64,000 bases of DNA, from the IMG/VR virus record IMGVR_UViG_3300031241_000001. One strand, written 5' to 3'. Below are positions 29,378 through 40,722 of the stretch, one piece after another; positions within the stretch are counted from its first letter, which is position 1, and every line of letters begins with the position of its first letter. Position numbers and translations under genes: made by a program. The DNA is from an uncultured virus (IMG/VR IMGVR_UViG_3300031241_000001). Taxonomy: Duplodnaviria > Heunggongvirae > Uroviricota > Caudoviricetes. The notes under the pieces are model-generated. The model ran no database searches. It saw only the letters and a list, made by a program, of their open reading frames with translations, and was not told the origin of the DNA.

Positions 29378-30226
29378 CTAGATGCGACCAGCGGTTGGCT
29401 TCTTCCAAGCGTCGCGGTCGACGTACGCCGCGAACACGATCTTGTCCGCGTCCTTGGGGGCGCCGTTGCGGTTGATAGCGACGATGAAGGGCCCGTCGAT
29501 CTTGACCGTGCGGACCGTACGGACGCCCCTGGTCACCGCGATCTCCGCAGCGGCACTCGCGCGCCCGCCGACCTCGTTCAGCTCCAGGCGGAGCTGCTCG
29601 ACCGCCTGCGTGACCACGTTCGTGCCCGCGCGGAGGCCACGCATGTACTTGGCGTCGTCGCGGACGAGCAGGTCGACCATCGGGAAGTCGAGTCGGACTT
29701 CTTCGCGCGCCGAACGACAGACCATAGCCAGCGCGCGTTCAGCTAGCTCGGCGGCGTGCACGGGTGCCGTGTCCGCCTGCTGGAAGCAGAAGCTGAAGCT
29801 CGCGTGCTGAGTGACGACCTCCACCACGGGATGCTCGCGGGGGGCTGAAGTGGACGTGTACGCGCCCTTCTTTAAGAGGACGCGGTCGACCTCGCGTTCC
29901 CGGTACGCTTGTCCGATCGCGCGCCACTTGGCGATGATGTTCAGCGTGCTCGCGAGGAAGATGTCGTTGGGGGTGCCCTGCGTGACCTGGGCTTCCCAAC
30001 CTTCGCTCTTCAACCACGCGACGTGCTGCTCGGCGGAGGCGGTGGCGTTGCGGTGGACCTCGGGCATCGTGGCGGCCAGCTCGGCGCGTCGCCGGAAGCT
30101 GCTGAGCCACGCTGCTTGGTCAGCTCGGTCAGGGCTCCCCAGCCACGTCGGGCTGCCCAGGAGATCGTCGGCCGCGGCGAGGGCTGCGGGCATCGTGAAA
30201 GGAGAAACAGCGAGGCACTTCGTCAT
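29378..30226 (-). CDS. Serpin-like protein (shortened)
   Basis: LELNEVGGRASAAA hinge-like motif, KIDGPFIVAI (compare DRPFxFxI), IFLASTLNIIAKW (compare s3A). Confidence 0.55.
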   Translation of the reverse strand: MTKCLAVSPFTMPAALAAADDLLGSPTWLGSPDRADQAAWLSSFRRRAELAATMPEVHRNATASAEQHVAWLKSEGWEAQVTQGTPNDIFLASTLNIIAKWRAIGQAYREREVDRVLLKKGAYTSTSAPREHPVVEVVTQHASFSFCFQQADTAPVHAAELAERALAMVCRSAREEVRLDFPMVDLLVRDDAKYMRGLRAGTNVVTQAVEQLRLELNEVGGRASAAAEIAVTRGVRTVRTVKIDGPFIVAINRNGAPKDADKIVFAAYVDRDAWKKPTAGRI

Positions 30227-30444
30227 TCAACAGGACCTTTCGACAGGGGACAGGTTAGCGCCCATGCTTCGCAGCCGCGCGGTCTCCAGGAGCATCGGCG
30301 ATGGCGGGACACAGCTTCCGGCACGCGACTTCGCTTCGCCTTCCGCCGTGTAGTACGTCAGCTGGCCTGTTCGGCCGCCGCCATAGCCGCTGCGAACAGT
30401 TCCGCAGTTGGCGCAAGCGTCGTTTTCGTTCCAGCGGTGGCGCG

Positions 30445-31098
30445 TCATGAGTTGATCAGTGCCTCGGCCTCGTCGGGTGTGCAGCGCGCCTTCACCTTGT
30501 CGACCCACGCGCGGGTCTTGGCCTTGGCCATGACGAGGTCGTGCGTCTTGCCGTGGCCCGCTTTGCCGACGACGCCCTCGAAGGTCACACCCTCGACGTC
30601 GCCGTTCCAGACGCGGTCGACGAACCCGCGCGTCCAGTTGAGGCGCCCAAGGAACCGCGCCATCGGCAGCCCCTCGAATAGTTTCAGGTACGCGGCGGGA
30701 CCGAGCAGTCCCTGCTTGTACGGCGCGACGTCGATCAGGGCGACGCGCATCTGGTCGTCAGGATCGAGGGGCTGGTTCTGGGCGTCGTGGTGGCAGCCCG
30801 CGAAGCTGCTGGGTCCCCAGTGCTCGGCGAACGCGACGACGTGCTCCCAGCGCTGGTCGACGGCGACCTTCGCCACAGGCTCCGAGAGCGTGTCCATGAA
30901 GATCTTGATCGCGCGCCCGAACTGCCAGTCGCTCGCGTCGAAGAGGCGCGTCCGCGTGCCGGACTTCGTCCACTGCTTGCGCTTGCGGCTCCACTCGAAG
31001 CGAAGGTTCGATCCGTCGAGCTTGTCGAAGACGTAAGCGTCTGGGATCTCCTGGAAGGTCATCCCTGTGGCGCGTGAGATCGAGGGGTAGGTCTTCAT
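30445..31098 (-). CDS. ATP-dependent RNA ligase-like nucleotidyltransferase
   Basis: KLDGSN motif I, AEHWG, EGVV, KAK. Confidence 0.75.
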   Translation of the reverse strand: MKTYPSISRATGMTFQEIPDAYVFDKLDGSNLRFEWSRKRKQWTKSGTRTRLFDASDWQFGRAIKIFMDTLSEPVAKVAVDQRWEHVVAFAEHWGPSSFAGCHHDAQNQPLDPDDQMRVALIDVAPYKQGLLGPAAYLKLFEGLPMARFLGRLNWTRGFVDRVWNGDVEGVTFEGVVGKAGHGKTHDLVMAKAKTRAWVDKVKARCTPDEAEALINS

Positions 31099-31288
31099 CG
31101 CGCTCCTTTGGAGCGTTCGGTCAGCGCTCTTGATTGTTGGTGTGACAGCAGGCGCCGGCCCAGCGCGGCGGTGAGTTTGAGGATCTCCTCATTGATGAAT
31201 TCGATCTGAGACCCGTCCTGGTCCGCCTCAACAGCGCGTATCGCCGCAGCGTCGAGCGCGAGCCGTACTTCCCTGAGGGTTTGTTTCT

Positions 31289-31819
31289 TCACGGCGCGCG
31301 CCCCCTCTGAACAGCATCGTTTGCGCTCTTCGCTCGACCCTCCGCGGCGTGTCGCGAGGGGTAGGTCTTCGTCCCGACCTCGCGCGCCTTGCGCGCGAGC
31401 ACGCGCGCCAAGCTCTCAGGCGTGGTCGGCAACCGCGTGATCCGGTGGGTGCGCAGCAACTCGCTGACGGAGCGCTTGCACCAGCGCTCGAACGAGCACT
31501 CGATCGTGTCTTCGTCGGTGAACTGGATCTCCTCGTCGGCGAGCTTGCCGTGCCCTGACCGGCGGAGCAGTCGCTGCGAGACCGAGATCGCGGCGATCTC
31601 CCTGGAGACGGCATAGTGGTAGCGACGCCCGATGCGCGGACTCGTGATGTCGAGCCCAAACATGAACTGCCGACACTCAGCCCGCGTGGCGACGAGGAAG
31701 TGTCCGATCTCGTGCGCGGGCCACCACGATCGCGGGCCTTCCATGTAGAGGCGCTCGTCTGCCGCGGCTCCCGGGACGAAGCGGTAGGCGAGGTCCCTGA
31801 TCTCGGAGAGCTTCATCAT
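31289..31819 (-). CDS. HExxH metallopeptidase-like protein
   Basis: AHEIGH plus a downstream E. Confidence 0.45.
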   Translation of the reverse strand: MMKLSEIRDLAYRFVPGAAADERLYMEGPRSWWPAHEIGHFLVATRAECRQFMFGLDITSPRIGRRYHYAVSREIAAISVSQRLLRRSGHGKLADEEIQFTDEDTIECSFERWCKRSVSELLRTHRITRLPTTPESLARVLARKAREVGTKTYPSRHAAEGRAKSANDAVQRGRAP

Positions 31820-32348
31820 CGGGATCCCTCCCCGAGCCGCGGCGCAACCTTCTTGGCCACGATGTCGAGGCCGACCGCGACGGCGACCGTGCCCGGCGGC
31901 GCGTCGCCGCGGTGGGCCAGGTAGCCGTCCCACCGCGCGCCGATCGGGTCCGACGGGTCGTGCTTCAAGTACCAGAGCAGCCGTCGGTCGACGTAGGCGT
32001 AGTGCGTCGCGCCGCCGAAGCTCGCGGGGTACATGATGCGGCGGAGCGTGATCGGTCCCTCGTGGACCACCACGTCGCGCCTCCACGCCTCCGCGAGACG
32101 GGGGTCGACGCGCTCGAAGTGGAGGAGGACCGCGCGCGCGTCCTTGAGGGTGATGCCGGGCAGGTCACCGGTGAGCGGATCGATCGGAGGCTTGACGCGC
32201 TCCTCGCTCGTCGTCGGGCGATCGATGGGGCGGACCTCGCGGGCCGGCGGTGACCGCGTGAGCGCTCGCTCCGCGGGCTCGCGTGGAGTAGCGGCGGCGC
32301 GGGTACGCTTGGGAGAGGGCTTCTTTCGAGGGACACGCGGCTTCTTCG

Positions 32349-32954
32349 TCATCGCCTGGCACCCTCCTCCGCGATGACCCACGGCGGCGAGAGCCGCCGC
32401 TCCAGCGCCTCGAGCGCGTCAGCGTCGAGGTCGGCAGCGCGCTCGGGTCGGAGGTCGGCGACCGGCTCGGTGATGACCTCGCGCTGCGTGCGCAGCGACC
32501 ACTCGACCTGGCGCTTTCCCTCCTCGCCCATGTGCGGGTGGATCAGGGCGAAACACGCGAGCCCCTCGAGCGCGCTCGCCCAGCTGTGGTGGAACAGCAC
32601 GCGCGATGGCGGTGCGGGGAGAGTCGCGACGTAGCCATGCAGTCGCGGGTTGAGGCGCGCGAGCGGCTCGCTGACCACGGATCGAGCGCACGCGAACCAC
32701 GCGGCGACGTCGGGGTCCTCGCTCCACGACAGGAACGTGAGCTCGGGGTCGACGACGAATGGCACGTCGGGATCGAGCAACATGCCGCGGTAGAGCGGCG
32801 CGGGGTCGATCGGGAAGGTCGCGACGAGGTCGTCGGCGACTCGACGGACGGCGTCGCCCGCGAAGCGCATGATCGTGTCTGCCTCGCCGAGCTTGCCGTA
32901 GACCGCGTGCAGCGCGAAGTTGACGTAGAAGTTGAGGTCGTCTCGGTTGCTCAC
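32349..32954 (-). CDS. R-S-E-type ADP-ribosyltransferase-like protein
   Basis: LYRG ... LSWS ... QREVI triad. Confidence 0.5.
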   Translation of the reverse strand: MSNRDDLNFYVNFALHAVYGKLGEADTIMRFAGDAVRRVADDLVATFPIDPAPLYRGMLLDPDVPFVVDPELTFLSWSEDPDVAAWFACARSVVSEPLARLNPRLHGYVATLPAPPSRVLFHHSWASALEGLACFALIHPHMGEEGKRQVEWSLRTQREVITEPVADLRPERAADLDADALEALERRLSPPWVIAEEGARR

Positions 32955-33667
32955 GGCGACTCCGTTGTCGCGCGTGACCACAGCAGCACTGCGTCGCTGA
33001 AAGGCGCCTCGTTGTAGTGGAGGCCGACGACGCGCGTGCCGACCTCGTGTTGACGGCTGTAGTGTGTGTGCCAGTGCCCGTGGATGTGCAGCGTCGGGCG
33101 GTGCTTCTTGATGAGTGCGTCGACCCGCTCCATCGACAGCGCTTGGTCGCGCTGGTAGTCGGGGGATCCCTTGGGGAGGAAGCCTGGCGGAAGATCAGGG
33201 GCGTCGTGCGTGACGAGCACGTGGACGGGGCCGGTGGCCGACAGCGCACGGTCGAACTCGGCTGCCGTGATGCTCTCCTCGGGCCACCATGCCTGACCCT
33301 CGGTGAGGAGATCTCGGTCGATCGACGGGGCGCCACCCAAGAACAGGAAGCGGGTGCCGTCCTCGTCCTCGTGGACGGAGCCTCGTGGCTGGTAGATAAC
33401 GGCCGGTGCGATCAGGGTCGCGGTGCAGGCGACCACGTGTTTCCTCAGCCGTGGGTGCTGGTCGTGGTTGCCGTCGACGAAGCGCATGGTGACGCCGTGG
33501 GAGACGAGCGCTTTCGAGAGCGCCTTGACCCGCGAGTCGCCCGGCCAGTAGTAGCCCCAGTCACCCAGCTGCACGATCTCGGCTCCGTGTTGCTGCGCGC
33601 AGTTGACGGCCTGCATGGCGAACGCGATGTCGCCGTGCGTGTCGCCGACGAACAAGTAGGTCTTCAT
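32951..33667 (-). CDS. Calcineurin-like metallophosphoesterase
   Basis: GDTHG, GDWG, GNHD, THD, HGHWH. Confidence 0.9.
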   Translation of the reverse strand: MKTYLFVGDTHGDIAFAMQAVNCAQQHGAEIVQLGDWGYYWPGDSRVKALSKALVSHGVTMRFVDGNHDQHPRLRKHVVACTATLIAPAVIYQPRGSVHEDEDGTRFLFLGGAPSIDRDLLTEGQAWWPEESITAAEFDRALSATGPVHVLVTHDAPDLPPGFLPKGSPDYQRDQALSMERVDALIKKHRPTLHIHGHWHTHYSRQHEVGTRVVGLHYNEAPFSDAVLLWSRATTESP

Positions 33668-35430
33668 GGGGCTGACACGTGATCGTCAATCGCGACGACC
33701 GTCCACTGGTCGAAGCTCGTCCAGCCGCAGAAGCCGCCCTCGTCGGTGGCGACCCAGAAGTCGCGGCCGTTGGCGTTCACGACGTCGATCGTGCCGAGCT
33801 GGCCCACGGGGAACGCCCAGTGGGGCACCGTGCGACGCACGCGCTGCCCGATCCGCGGTCCGTTGGGGCTCACCACCGGTGCCGCTCCTCGACGGGGTCC
33901 GGCGACGGGACCTCCTCGACGGTGTGCACGTCCCACGTCTTCCCCGCGTTGAGCGCCGCAGCGACGGCCTCCGCCTCGCGCTCGTCGAAGTGCCAGGACC
34001 GGAGCGCGCGGTCGTTGTTACGGTCGATTACGACGTAGATCTTCGGCCCTTTCACGTGAGCCTCCGTGCGAAGAAGAGCGTCGAGAGGCCGGCGACGACG
34101 AGCGTGACGATCGGGATGCCGAGCAGGGCCTCGCTCCCGAACGTCCACCCGACCACCCATGCGGTGAACGCGACCGCTTCGCGCGCGTTCTGATGAGCGC
34201 GAGAGCAGTGCGGCGTCATGCACGCGAGCACGTGCTTCACGTCGCCTCCGTCGTCTCGATGACCGATCGGATCAACGCGTAGGTCTGAGGGGCCGTCGCG
34301 CCGACCGCCATCTCCTCACGGAGCTTGGCGACGAGCGTGGGCCACGCGACGGCGAAGCGCGCCCAGCGGGGGCTCACGGTCGCCATCTCGCCGATCCGCG
34401 CCTCGAACTCCGGGACCGCGTCGGTCAAAAGGACGCAGCGGCGGAGGTCGTCCGCGTCCCACGGGTGGGCCTTTTTGTCGCGATCGCTCAGGCCCATCGT
34501 GCTGCCACCGAGGTGGTGGGCGATCGCGTTGCTCGAGGACCCGCGCTCACCGTGGTTGACCCACCACTGGAGGCGCTCCGCGGTCGACGCGCCCTCGCGG
34601 ACCGGTTCTGGGCGGTTGGCTGGCGTCGGCACGCAGCGCGCGTGGTCCTTCCGGAACGCCTCGCCAGCCGCGATGAGCACGTTGATCGAGATCGGCATCG
34701 CGAGCGCCTGACGGACGCCGCAGTTCACGCAGCGGAACTCGTCGTTGCCGATGACGACATGCGGTGACTTCGACACGCTCACTTCGTCACCGCCTTCGCG
34801 CGCTTCTTCCCGGGTTTCTTTACCTTCGACGGCGGGTCGATCTCCGCGTGCTTCGACCCGAAGTGGGGAGCGACGCAGCAGCACCCGACACCCGAGCCGT
34901 TCGGGTCTGGCGCGTGGGTCTCCACGTTGATCCGCGGGTGGACGACATGCCGGTGCGTCGCGCACCCCTCGGTCCAACCCGTGTGCCGCGTCGTGCAGCG
35001 GAACACGTCGCGGTCGCAGCACGGGCAGTACCCGACGGGCTCGATGCTCCACGTCTCAGGCCGGTAGTGGTCAGGGTCGCGGTCGATCTCCGCGCGCACG
35101 GCGTCGGCCATCATGCCTGTCCCGATCACGACCCAGCCTTTTGGTGCGCTCACTCGCTGGCCCCGCACGTCGGGCAGGGATTCATCCACGAGCCATCACG
35201 CTCGTTGTGGCCACGCTTTGCGCCGTCGTGCTTGCAGCGCGCTTGCACGATCTCGAGCAAACCGCGCACCAGTGTCTCGACGCGGTCGTGGTGCGTCTGC
35301 CATTCGTGAAGGAGCGCGCGAAGTGCGTCCGTGCTCTGCTTGATGTCTGCACTCTCGTTGGAGATCGTGAACGCTGTTTGCGCCGAGGTGAGTGCCTGCC
35401 CGAGGGCCGCTGCGAGGAAGTCTGTGCTCA

Positions 35431-36294
35431 TCACGTCTCCTTGATCTTCTTCAGGGATGCCCGCGCTGTCTTGACTGCTTCCTTGGAGGTTTTTTGCGGT
35501 TTCTCCTCGGGCCACGTCTTGAGGATCTCCAGTACACCCTCGGATCCGGCCAGGTAGCGCGGGGATAGCTCGACGTAGTGGGCGCCGGGGATCTTGAGCG
35601 CGAACAGCGAGTGAGACGCGACGATGAACTGGACCTGGTCGGCGTAGGCGCGCAGGAAGCGCCAGATTCCGACCTGCGCGTTTAGGTCGTAGCTGCGCTC
35701 GGGCTCGTCGAGGAGGATCGTCGGCTGGCCCCTGGTGCTGGTGCCCTTGAGGAAGCGCTCGGCGAGCTCTGCGCGCTCGCGCCAGACGCCGTTGACGTTG
35801 GCGCGTGAGAACTTCCACGCGACCTCCGGCACCTCTCCCGCGACGATCTCGTGCGCGAGGCGCTCGAACCGGAACATCGTCGTCTGGCCGGCGGACCCCT
35901 TGAACATTGCGTTGGCGACGCCTTCCATTCCGAAGGCCCAGTCGAACCCCGCACCACCACCGACCAGGCCGACGGCGTGACTGGGGTCGAAGTGGCGCAC
36001 GCCCTGCCCGTCGTGCGTGATCGCAAGGCCCTTCTTGAGGTCGACGGGCTCGTGGCCGCCGCCGACCAGCTCGGTGAGCGACTCCTGGGTCACGATCGGG
36101 TGGTTGCCCTGCTCGCAGTGGAAGAGGCGCGCGAGCACCTTGGTCAGCGACGTCTTGCCGGACCCGTTGCGCCCCCACAGGACGTTGAGCCCGGGCTTGA
36201 ACTCGAACGACCTGGGCTTCGCGAGCGCGTCGACGCGAGCGAGCCACTTCACGGGGGTCTTGGTCGGGTCGAGGATGTCGAGCTTGTGGATCAC
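35431..36294 (-). CDS. ABC-type ATPase (soluble, no permease partner seen)
   Basis: GRNGSGKT, SAGQ signature, LLDEPE, SH. Confidence 0.85.
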   Translation of the reverse strand: MIHKLDILDPTKTPVKWLARVDALAKPRSFEFKPGLNVLWGRNGSGKTSLTKVLARLFHCEQGNHPIVTQESLTELVGGGHEPVDLKKGLAITHDGQGVRHFDPSHAVGLVGGGAGFDWAFGMEGVANAMFKGSAGQTTMFRFERLAHEIVAGEVPEVAWKFSRANVNGVWRERAELAERFLKGTSTRGQPTILLDEPERSYDLNAQVGIWRFLRAYADQVQFIVASHSLFALKIPGAHYVELSPRYLAGSEGVLEILKTWPEEKPQKTSKEAVKTARASLKKIKET

Positions 36295-37202
36295 CGGGCC
36301 CCTTGCTCATTCGCCCGTGCGCGCGCGGGCATCGACAGTTCGGCCACTGAGTGGTGCGGGTCGAAGAGGCGCACGCCCCGGAAGAGGAAGGCTTCCATCA
36401 GCTCGTGGCGCACGATCAACTCGGCGAGCAGCCAGCACGTCTTCACCACGGCTGTCTCGCTCGCGCCGCGCTCGACCAGTTCCTTGCGGCCGGTGCCGAC
36501 GCCGACCTCGCCGGTGCGCGTGTCGGGGCGGCGGAACGTGGTGTTGACGAGCCACCCGCGCACTTCGCCTCCGGCGAGGCGCAACTCCTCGACCTGCCAC
36601 TGCCACTGCATGTTCACGCAGGACGGCGCGAACGAGACCTGGTCGAGCACCGCGTGCAGGTCGGCCTCGGTCATGATGTTCGGATTTTTGACGGTCACGG
36701 TGCGGGTCTCTCCGCCAACGGGGCCGACCCGAACGTCTCGACCTCGCAGGCGACCTCTGACTCCTTGGGCGCGACGCAGCGGAAGTGCTGGTTTCCCGCC
36801 TGGCACGTGACGAGGTCGGAAGACGACTTGGCTGGTTCGTCGCATGCGACCGGCGTGAGCCCGCGGGCGCGGAGGTAGGCCGCGGCGTGCTGCGCCGACT
36901 CGTTGCACGGGGGCAGGACCGCGGCGAACACGACAGCGGCGAACAGCACCGCGTTCGCTAGGGTCAAGCGCACGGTACGACCTCCAACTCTTCCGGGTCG
37001 TAGAAGGCGCGGCCTCCCTCGAACTCCACGCCGTAGCAGAGGCCGTGGGAGTCGTGGTGCTCGCGCACGACGCCGACTTCACCGTCGTGCCGGACCCTCG
37101 CGGCGATCGCGTCGCCCGTGTAGTCGCCCGTGCCCACGCGGCGCACGAGCGCCCTGACGTGCGTGCCGTTCTTGATCGGTGGGTAGGTCGTGGTCACGAG
37201 GT

Positions 37203-38105
37203 TCACTTGACCTGGATCATCGGGATCGAGCCGCCCGTGACCGTGGGCAGGTACCCCGACCACTTCTGCGCCTTGACGTACTCGATGAGCTGCGGTGTCA
37301 CCGAGTCGGATAGCTCCTTGTTCGCCTTCGCCTGCGCGTCGGCGACGGTCTGGATCGCCGCGGCGTCGCCCTCGGCCTGCGCCTTCTTCGCGTCGGCCTG
37401 CCCCTTCGCGACGGCCACAGCCTGCGCGGCTTCCGCCTGCTTCTTGCGGACCTCCTGCTCGCTCTGCTGCGCCTGCTGGACCATCGCGACCTTCGCGTTG
37501 ATCGCGTTGATGACCTGCTGCGGGGGCTCGATGCGGTTGATGGTGAACTGAGAGATCACGAACCCCAGCGGGCCGAGCGCCTTCTCCAGGAGCGTCTGCA
37601 CCTCGGCGCGCGCGGTCTCCTTCTTGGTGGAGTACAGCTCCTCGGCCGTGTACTTCGCGAACGTGTTCTGTAGCTCCTCGCGGATGGTCTGGCGGATGTA
37701 CTTGTGCGAAATGTTCTCGATGTCGTCGCGCCACTTCGCGTAGATCTGCGGCACCTTCTTCGGGTCGAGCGTGAAGTTGAGCGCGACGTCGCACTCGATG
37801 CCGAGGCCCTCGGACGAGGTCACGATGATCGACTGGTCCTCCTTGGCGCCCTCGTGCAGGCTCTTCGTGAGGATGAGGGACTGCATCGAGATCGGGTACT
37901 CCTCGACCTCCTCGCAGAACAGATCGCGCCAGTAGTAGCCGGTCGGGATGGGGTCGTCGGAGACGCCCCCGCCGCCGCACTTCTTGACGGAGACGCCCAC
38001 GTAGCCGGGGCGGATCTTCTCCATCTTGGCTCGCAACACGGCCCCGGTGATGATGGCTGCCAGGCCGACGAGGCTGATGACGGTGATGACGACGAATTTT
38101 TTCAT
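37203..38105 (-). CDS. SPFH/prohibitin (band 7) membrane protein
   Basis: N-terminal TM, PGYVGV, SPFH core, Ala/Glu/Gln coiled coil, KW.G.LP tail. Confidence 0.88.
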   Translation of the reverse strand: MKKFVVITVISLVGLAAIITGAVLRAKMEKIRPGYVGVSVKKCGGGGVSDDPIPTGYYWRDLFCEEVEEYPISMQSLILTKSLHEGAKEDQSIIVTSSEGLGIECDVALNFTLDPKKVPQIYAKWRDDIENISHKYIRQTIREELQNTFAKYTAEELYSTKKETARAEVQTLLEKALGPLGFVISQFTINRIEPPQQVINAINAKVAMVQQAQQSEQEVRKKQAEAAQAVAVAKGQADAKKAQAEGDAAAIQTVADAQAKANKELSDSVTPQLIEYVKAQKWSGYLPTVTGGSIPMIQVK

Positions 38106-38474
38106 GGTGTCCCTTCGTTCCTGTTGCAGCCCCGGTGGTACCAGTACGGGTTGATGAAGAGGTCGACGGCGGGGTCCGTCGGCTTCTTGCAGAAGTGGCA
38201 GCATCGCGCCCGCTCGGCCGCCTCGGCTCGCGCGTTCTCTTCGCCGCGCACCTCGGGCTTGGTCTTGCGCCAGTAAGCGCGCAGCCCGAGCAGCGTGCCG
38301 AGCCCCAGCGCCACCGCGCCGACCACCACGGCGACGTCTATCGCGAGCACGTCACCCCCGTAGGTACGGTCGCGACGGCCGTCAACCGAAAGTTGTTTTC
38401 GTGATGGAACTCAACTGCTTTGGAGGCGCAGCGCCTTGGCACGCAGTGGGGTGATCGCACGGTTCGTGGGCACG

Positions 38475-39242
38475 TCACGTCGACCAGCCCTTCTGAGCGT
38501 CTAGCCAGCGCTGAATCACGGCAACGCGCGCTTCCTCGCGCGCTTTCTCTCGCGTCTCTTCGCGGACCTGTTTCTCGCCGGTCAGTTCGGCAATCGCGTC
38601 GTGCAGAAGCGTCTGGAAGATGGGGCCATGCTGCTCATAGTTTGGTGCGGCGAGGTGTGCCAACTCGTGGATGAGCGTCGCCAGATCGTCGCCAGCGTTC
38701 GCGCCGGTCGTAACAACCAGGCGCTGCAAGCCAACCCGCGCGTGACCGCTAGCGCGCTGTCGGCCACGCTGGATCATGACCTCGTCAAGCCCCTCAAAGG
38801 CGCAAGAGCCGGGATTCGCGTGCAGGAAAGCCTCGGCGTTCTCGCGCGGGACGATCGTGCAGAGCGTGTTGCCCTGGCGGATCACGATCGTCGGCGCCCA
38901 GAGCCCGTAGCCCTGCGTGACCAGGTGCCAACGGCAGTGCTTGCAGCGCAGGGAAGCGCCGATCGGATCGGGGACGAGGCCGGCATCGCACGAGGGGCAG
39001 TAGCGCTGGCCAGCCGGATGGTTCTCGGCAAAGGCACGCCGGAGCGAGGAGAGTCGAACGATTCTCGGCACCCACGCGCGGAGCCAGTTGGCTGCGTCGG
39101 GGATCGCGCGGTTGAATGATGTCGCGAGCGCCGCGTGCATGACCTCGGTGGACGTCTGCTGGTCCTGGTGCTTCGACCAAGGACGCCGAGACCTCAGGAT
39201 CCGCGCGACCACTTCGTCGACCACTTCGTCGTTATTATTCAA
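38475..39242 (-). CDS. SprT-like zincin domain protein
   Basis: IHELAH...HGPIF; CxxC pairs; codon usage less GC-biased than neighbours. Confidence 0.55.
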   Translation of the reverse strand: MNNNDEVVDEVVARILRSRRPWSKHQDQQTSTEVMHAALATSFNRAIPDAANWLRAWVPRIVRLSSLRRAFAENHPAGQRYCPSCDAGLVPDPIGASLRCKHCRWHLVTQGYGLWAPTIVIRQGNTLCTIVPRENAEAFLHANPGSCAFEGLDEVMIQRGRQRASGHARVGLQRLVVTTGANAGDDLATLIHELAHLAAPNYEQHGPIFQTLLHDAIAELTGEKQVREETREKAREEARVAVIQRWLDAQKGWST

Positions 39243-40722
39243 GCGTAACTCCTTGAGCAGGCGTTAACTGGATTCGTTCCGGTTGTTACCCGCGGCGTCT
39301 TGCGGTGAGGCACTTCAACGCGGCCATCTTCGCTGCGTACGCGATCGTCTGCATCTCGGCTTCCGTGAAACCAGGCTCGACGGCCTCGTCAAGGCCGAGG
39401 TTGGCCACCACCTTGTCACGCTGCATGAGGTGTCCCCTGCCGCCGTCGCGTGCGTCACGTGCGTCGCGGTACCCCGACCAGTAGACGTGGATCATGGTCT
39501 CCGCGTGCGGGGGCCCGGCGTCGAGGGAGGAGAAGGCGCGCGGGTTGATCGTCTTGGTCCACGCGGGGGCACGCTTCGTCTTCGTCTTCGTTTTCGTTTC
39601 ACGCTTTGCGGTCACGCGCGTTCTCCTTCGTGGCTGTTGTAGATCATTCTCCGCGTCCCCATGCACTCGCGGCGAGTGCAATTTCGATCTCGTTGTGGAA
39701 CGGCCCGCGTTCGGGATCGGACAGGTCACCGCCGCTGGCCAACCAGGCGGACTTCGTGGCGTCCATCCGACCTGCGACATTCGCCCGTGGACGCGCACTC
39801 CACGATGACGGGGCGGTCGTCGTAGGGGTTCACGTCGTGGCCCATCCTCGCGACGACGTCGCTGATGAGTTGCTTGGTCATCACTGTGGGGACTGGGCGC
39901 TCGAAGAGCCAGATGAGGAAGTGGCGCAGCGCGCCTGCGCGGTCCTCGTGGGTGCGCGGACCGTCGCAGCCCTCGCCGGGTCGCGCGTGGCACTTCTCGC
40001 AGGCGACGTCGCTCGGTCTGAACGGCAGGAGACCCATCACCGCGAGCGCCGCGCTCTCGCGGAGGCCGATCGCCGGGCACCGCTCGCGGGCGCGCGCGAT
40101 CAAGTCGGCGCCGTCCTTCACGTTCGCGTCGATCAGCGCGTCTATCGAGGGGTGCTCCACGGACATGATCGTCGTGCGCGTCGTCGTAGACTCCACGTAG
40201 ACGACGTCGCCACGACACGAGCCGTCCGGTCGATCGTAGACGTCCATCGCCAGGAAGTGCCCGGAGAGCCCGACGGTGCCGCGCTTGGTCTCACTCATCG
40301 TACGCCGCCCCCAGCAGCCGCCATCGCGCGCAGGAGCCGCCGCTCGAGGATCATCAGCAAGTGCCGCGCCTGGTTGTCGGTGAGCTTGAACGGTCTGGTC
40401 ATTTGACGTCCTCCTTCTGGCGCTTCACGCGCTCGACGAGGGCTCGCCGCTCTGGTTCGTGACGCTCGGCGTCGTTGGGTCTGTCGACCGTGTAGTAGTC
40501 GGTGACGACGTACACCGGGCAGCCACTGCGGTCTGCGGTCGACGTGGCGCCGGTTCGCGCCGCTGCGCCCGACGACCCCGAGCACGGCCCCCACGAGCAG
40601 GCGGAGCTTGCGCTCGTTCGTTGCGCGGATCGGCTTGAGGTCGAGCGCGTGCTTGCCGCCGAGCATGAACGCGCGCGCCCCCAACTCGACCAGGAGCTTC
40701 CAGGACCTCTCCTCGTGGACGT

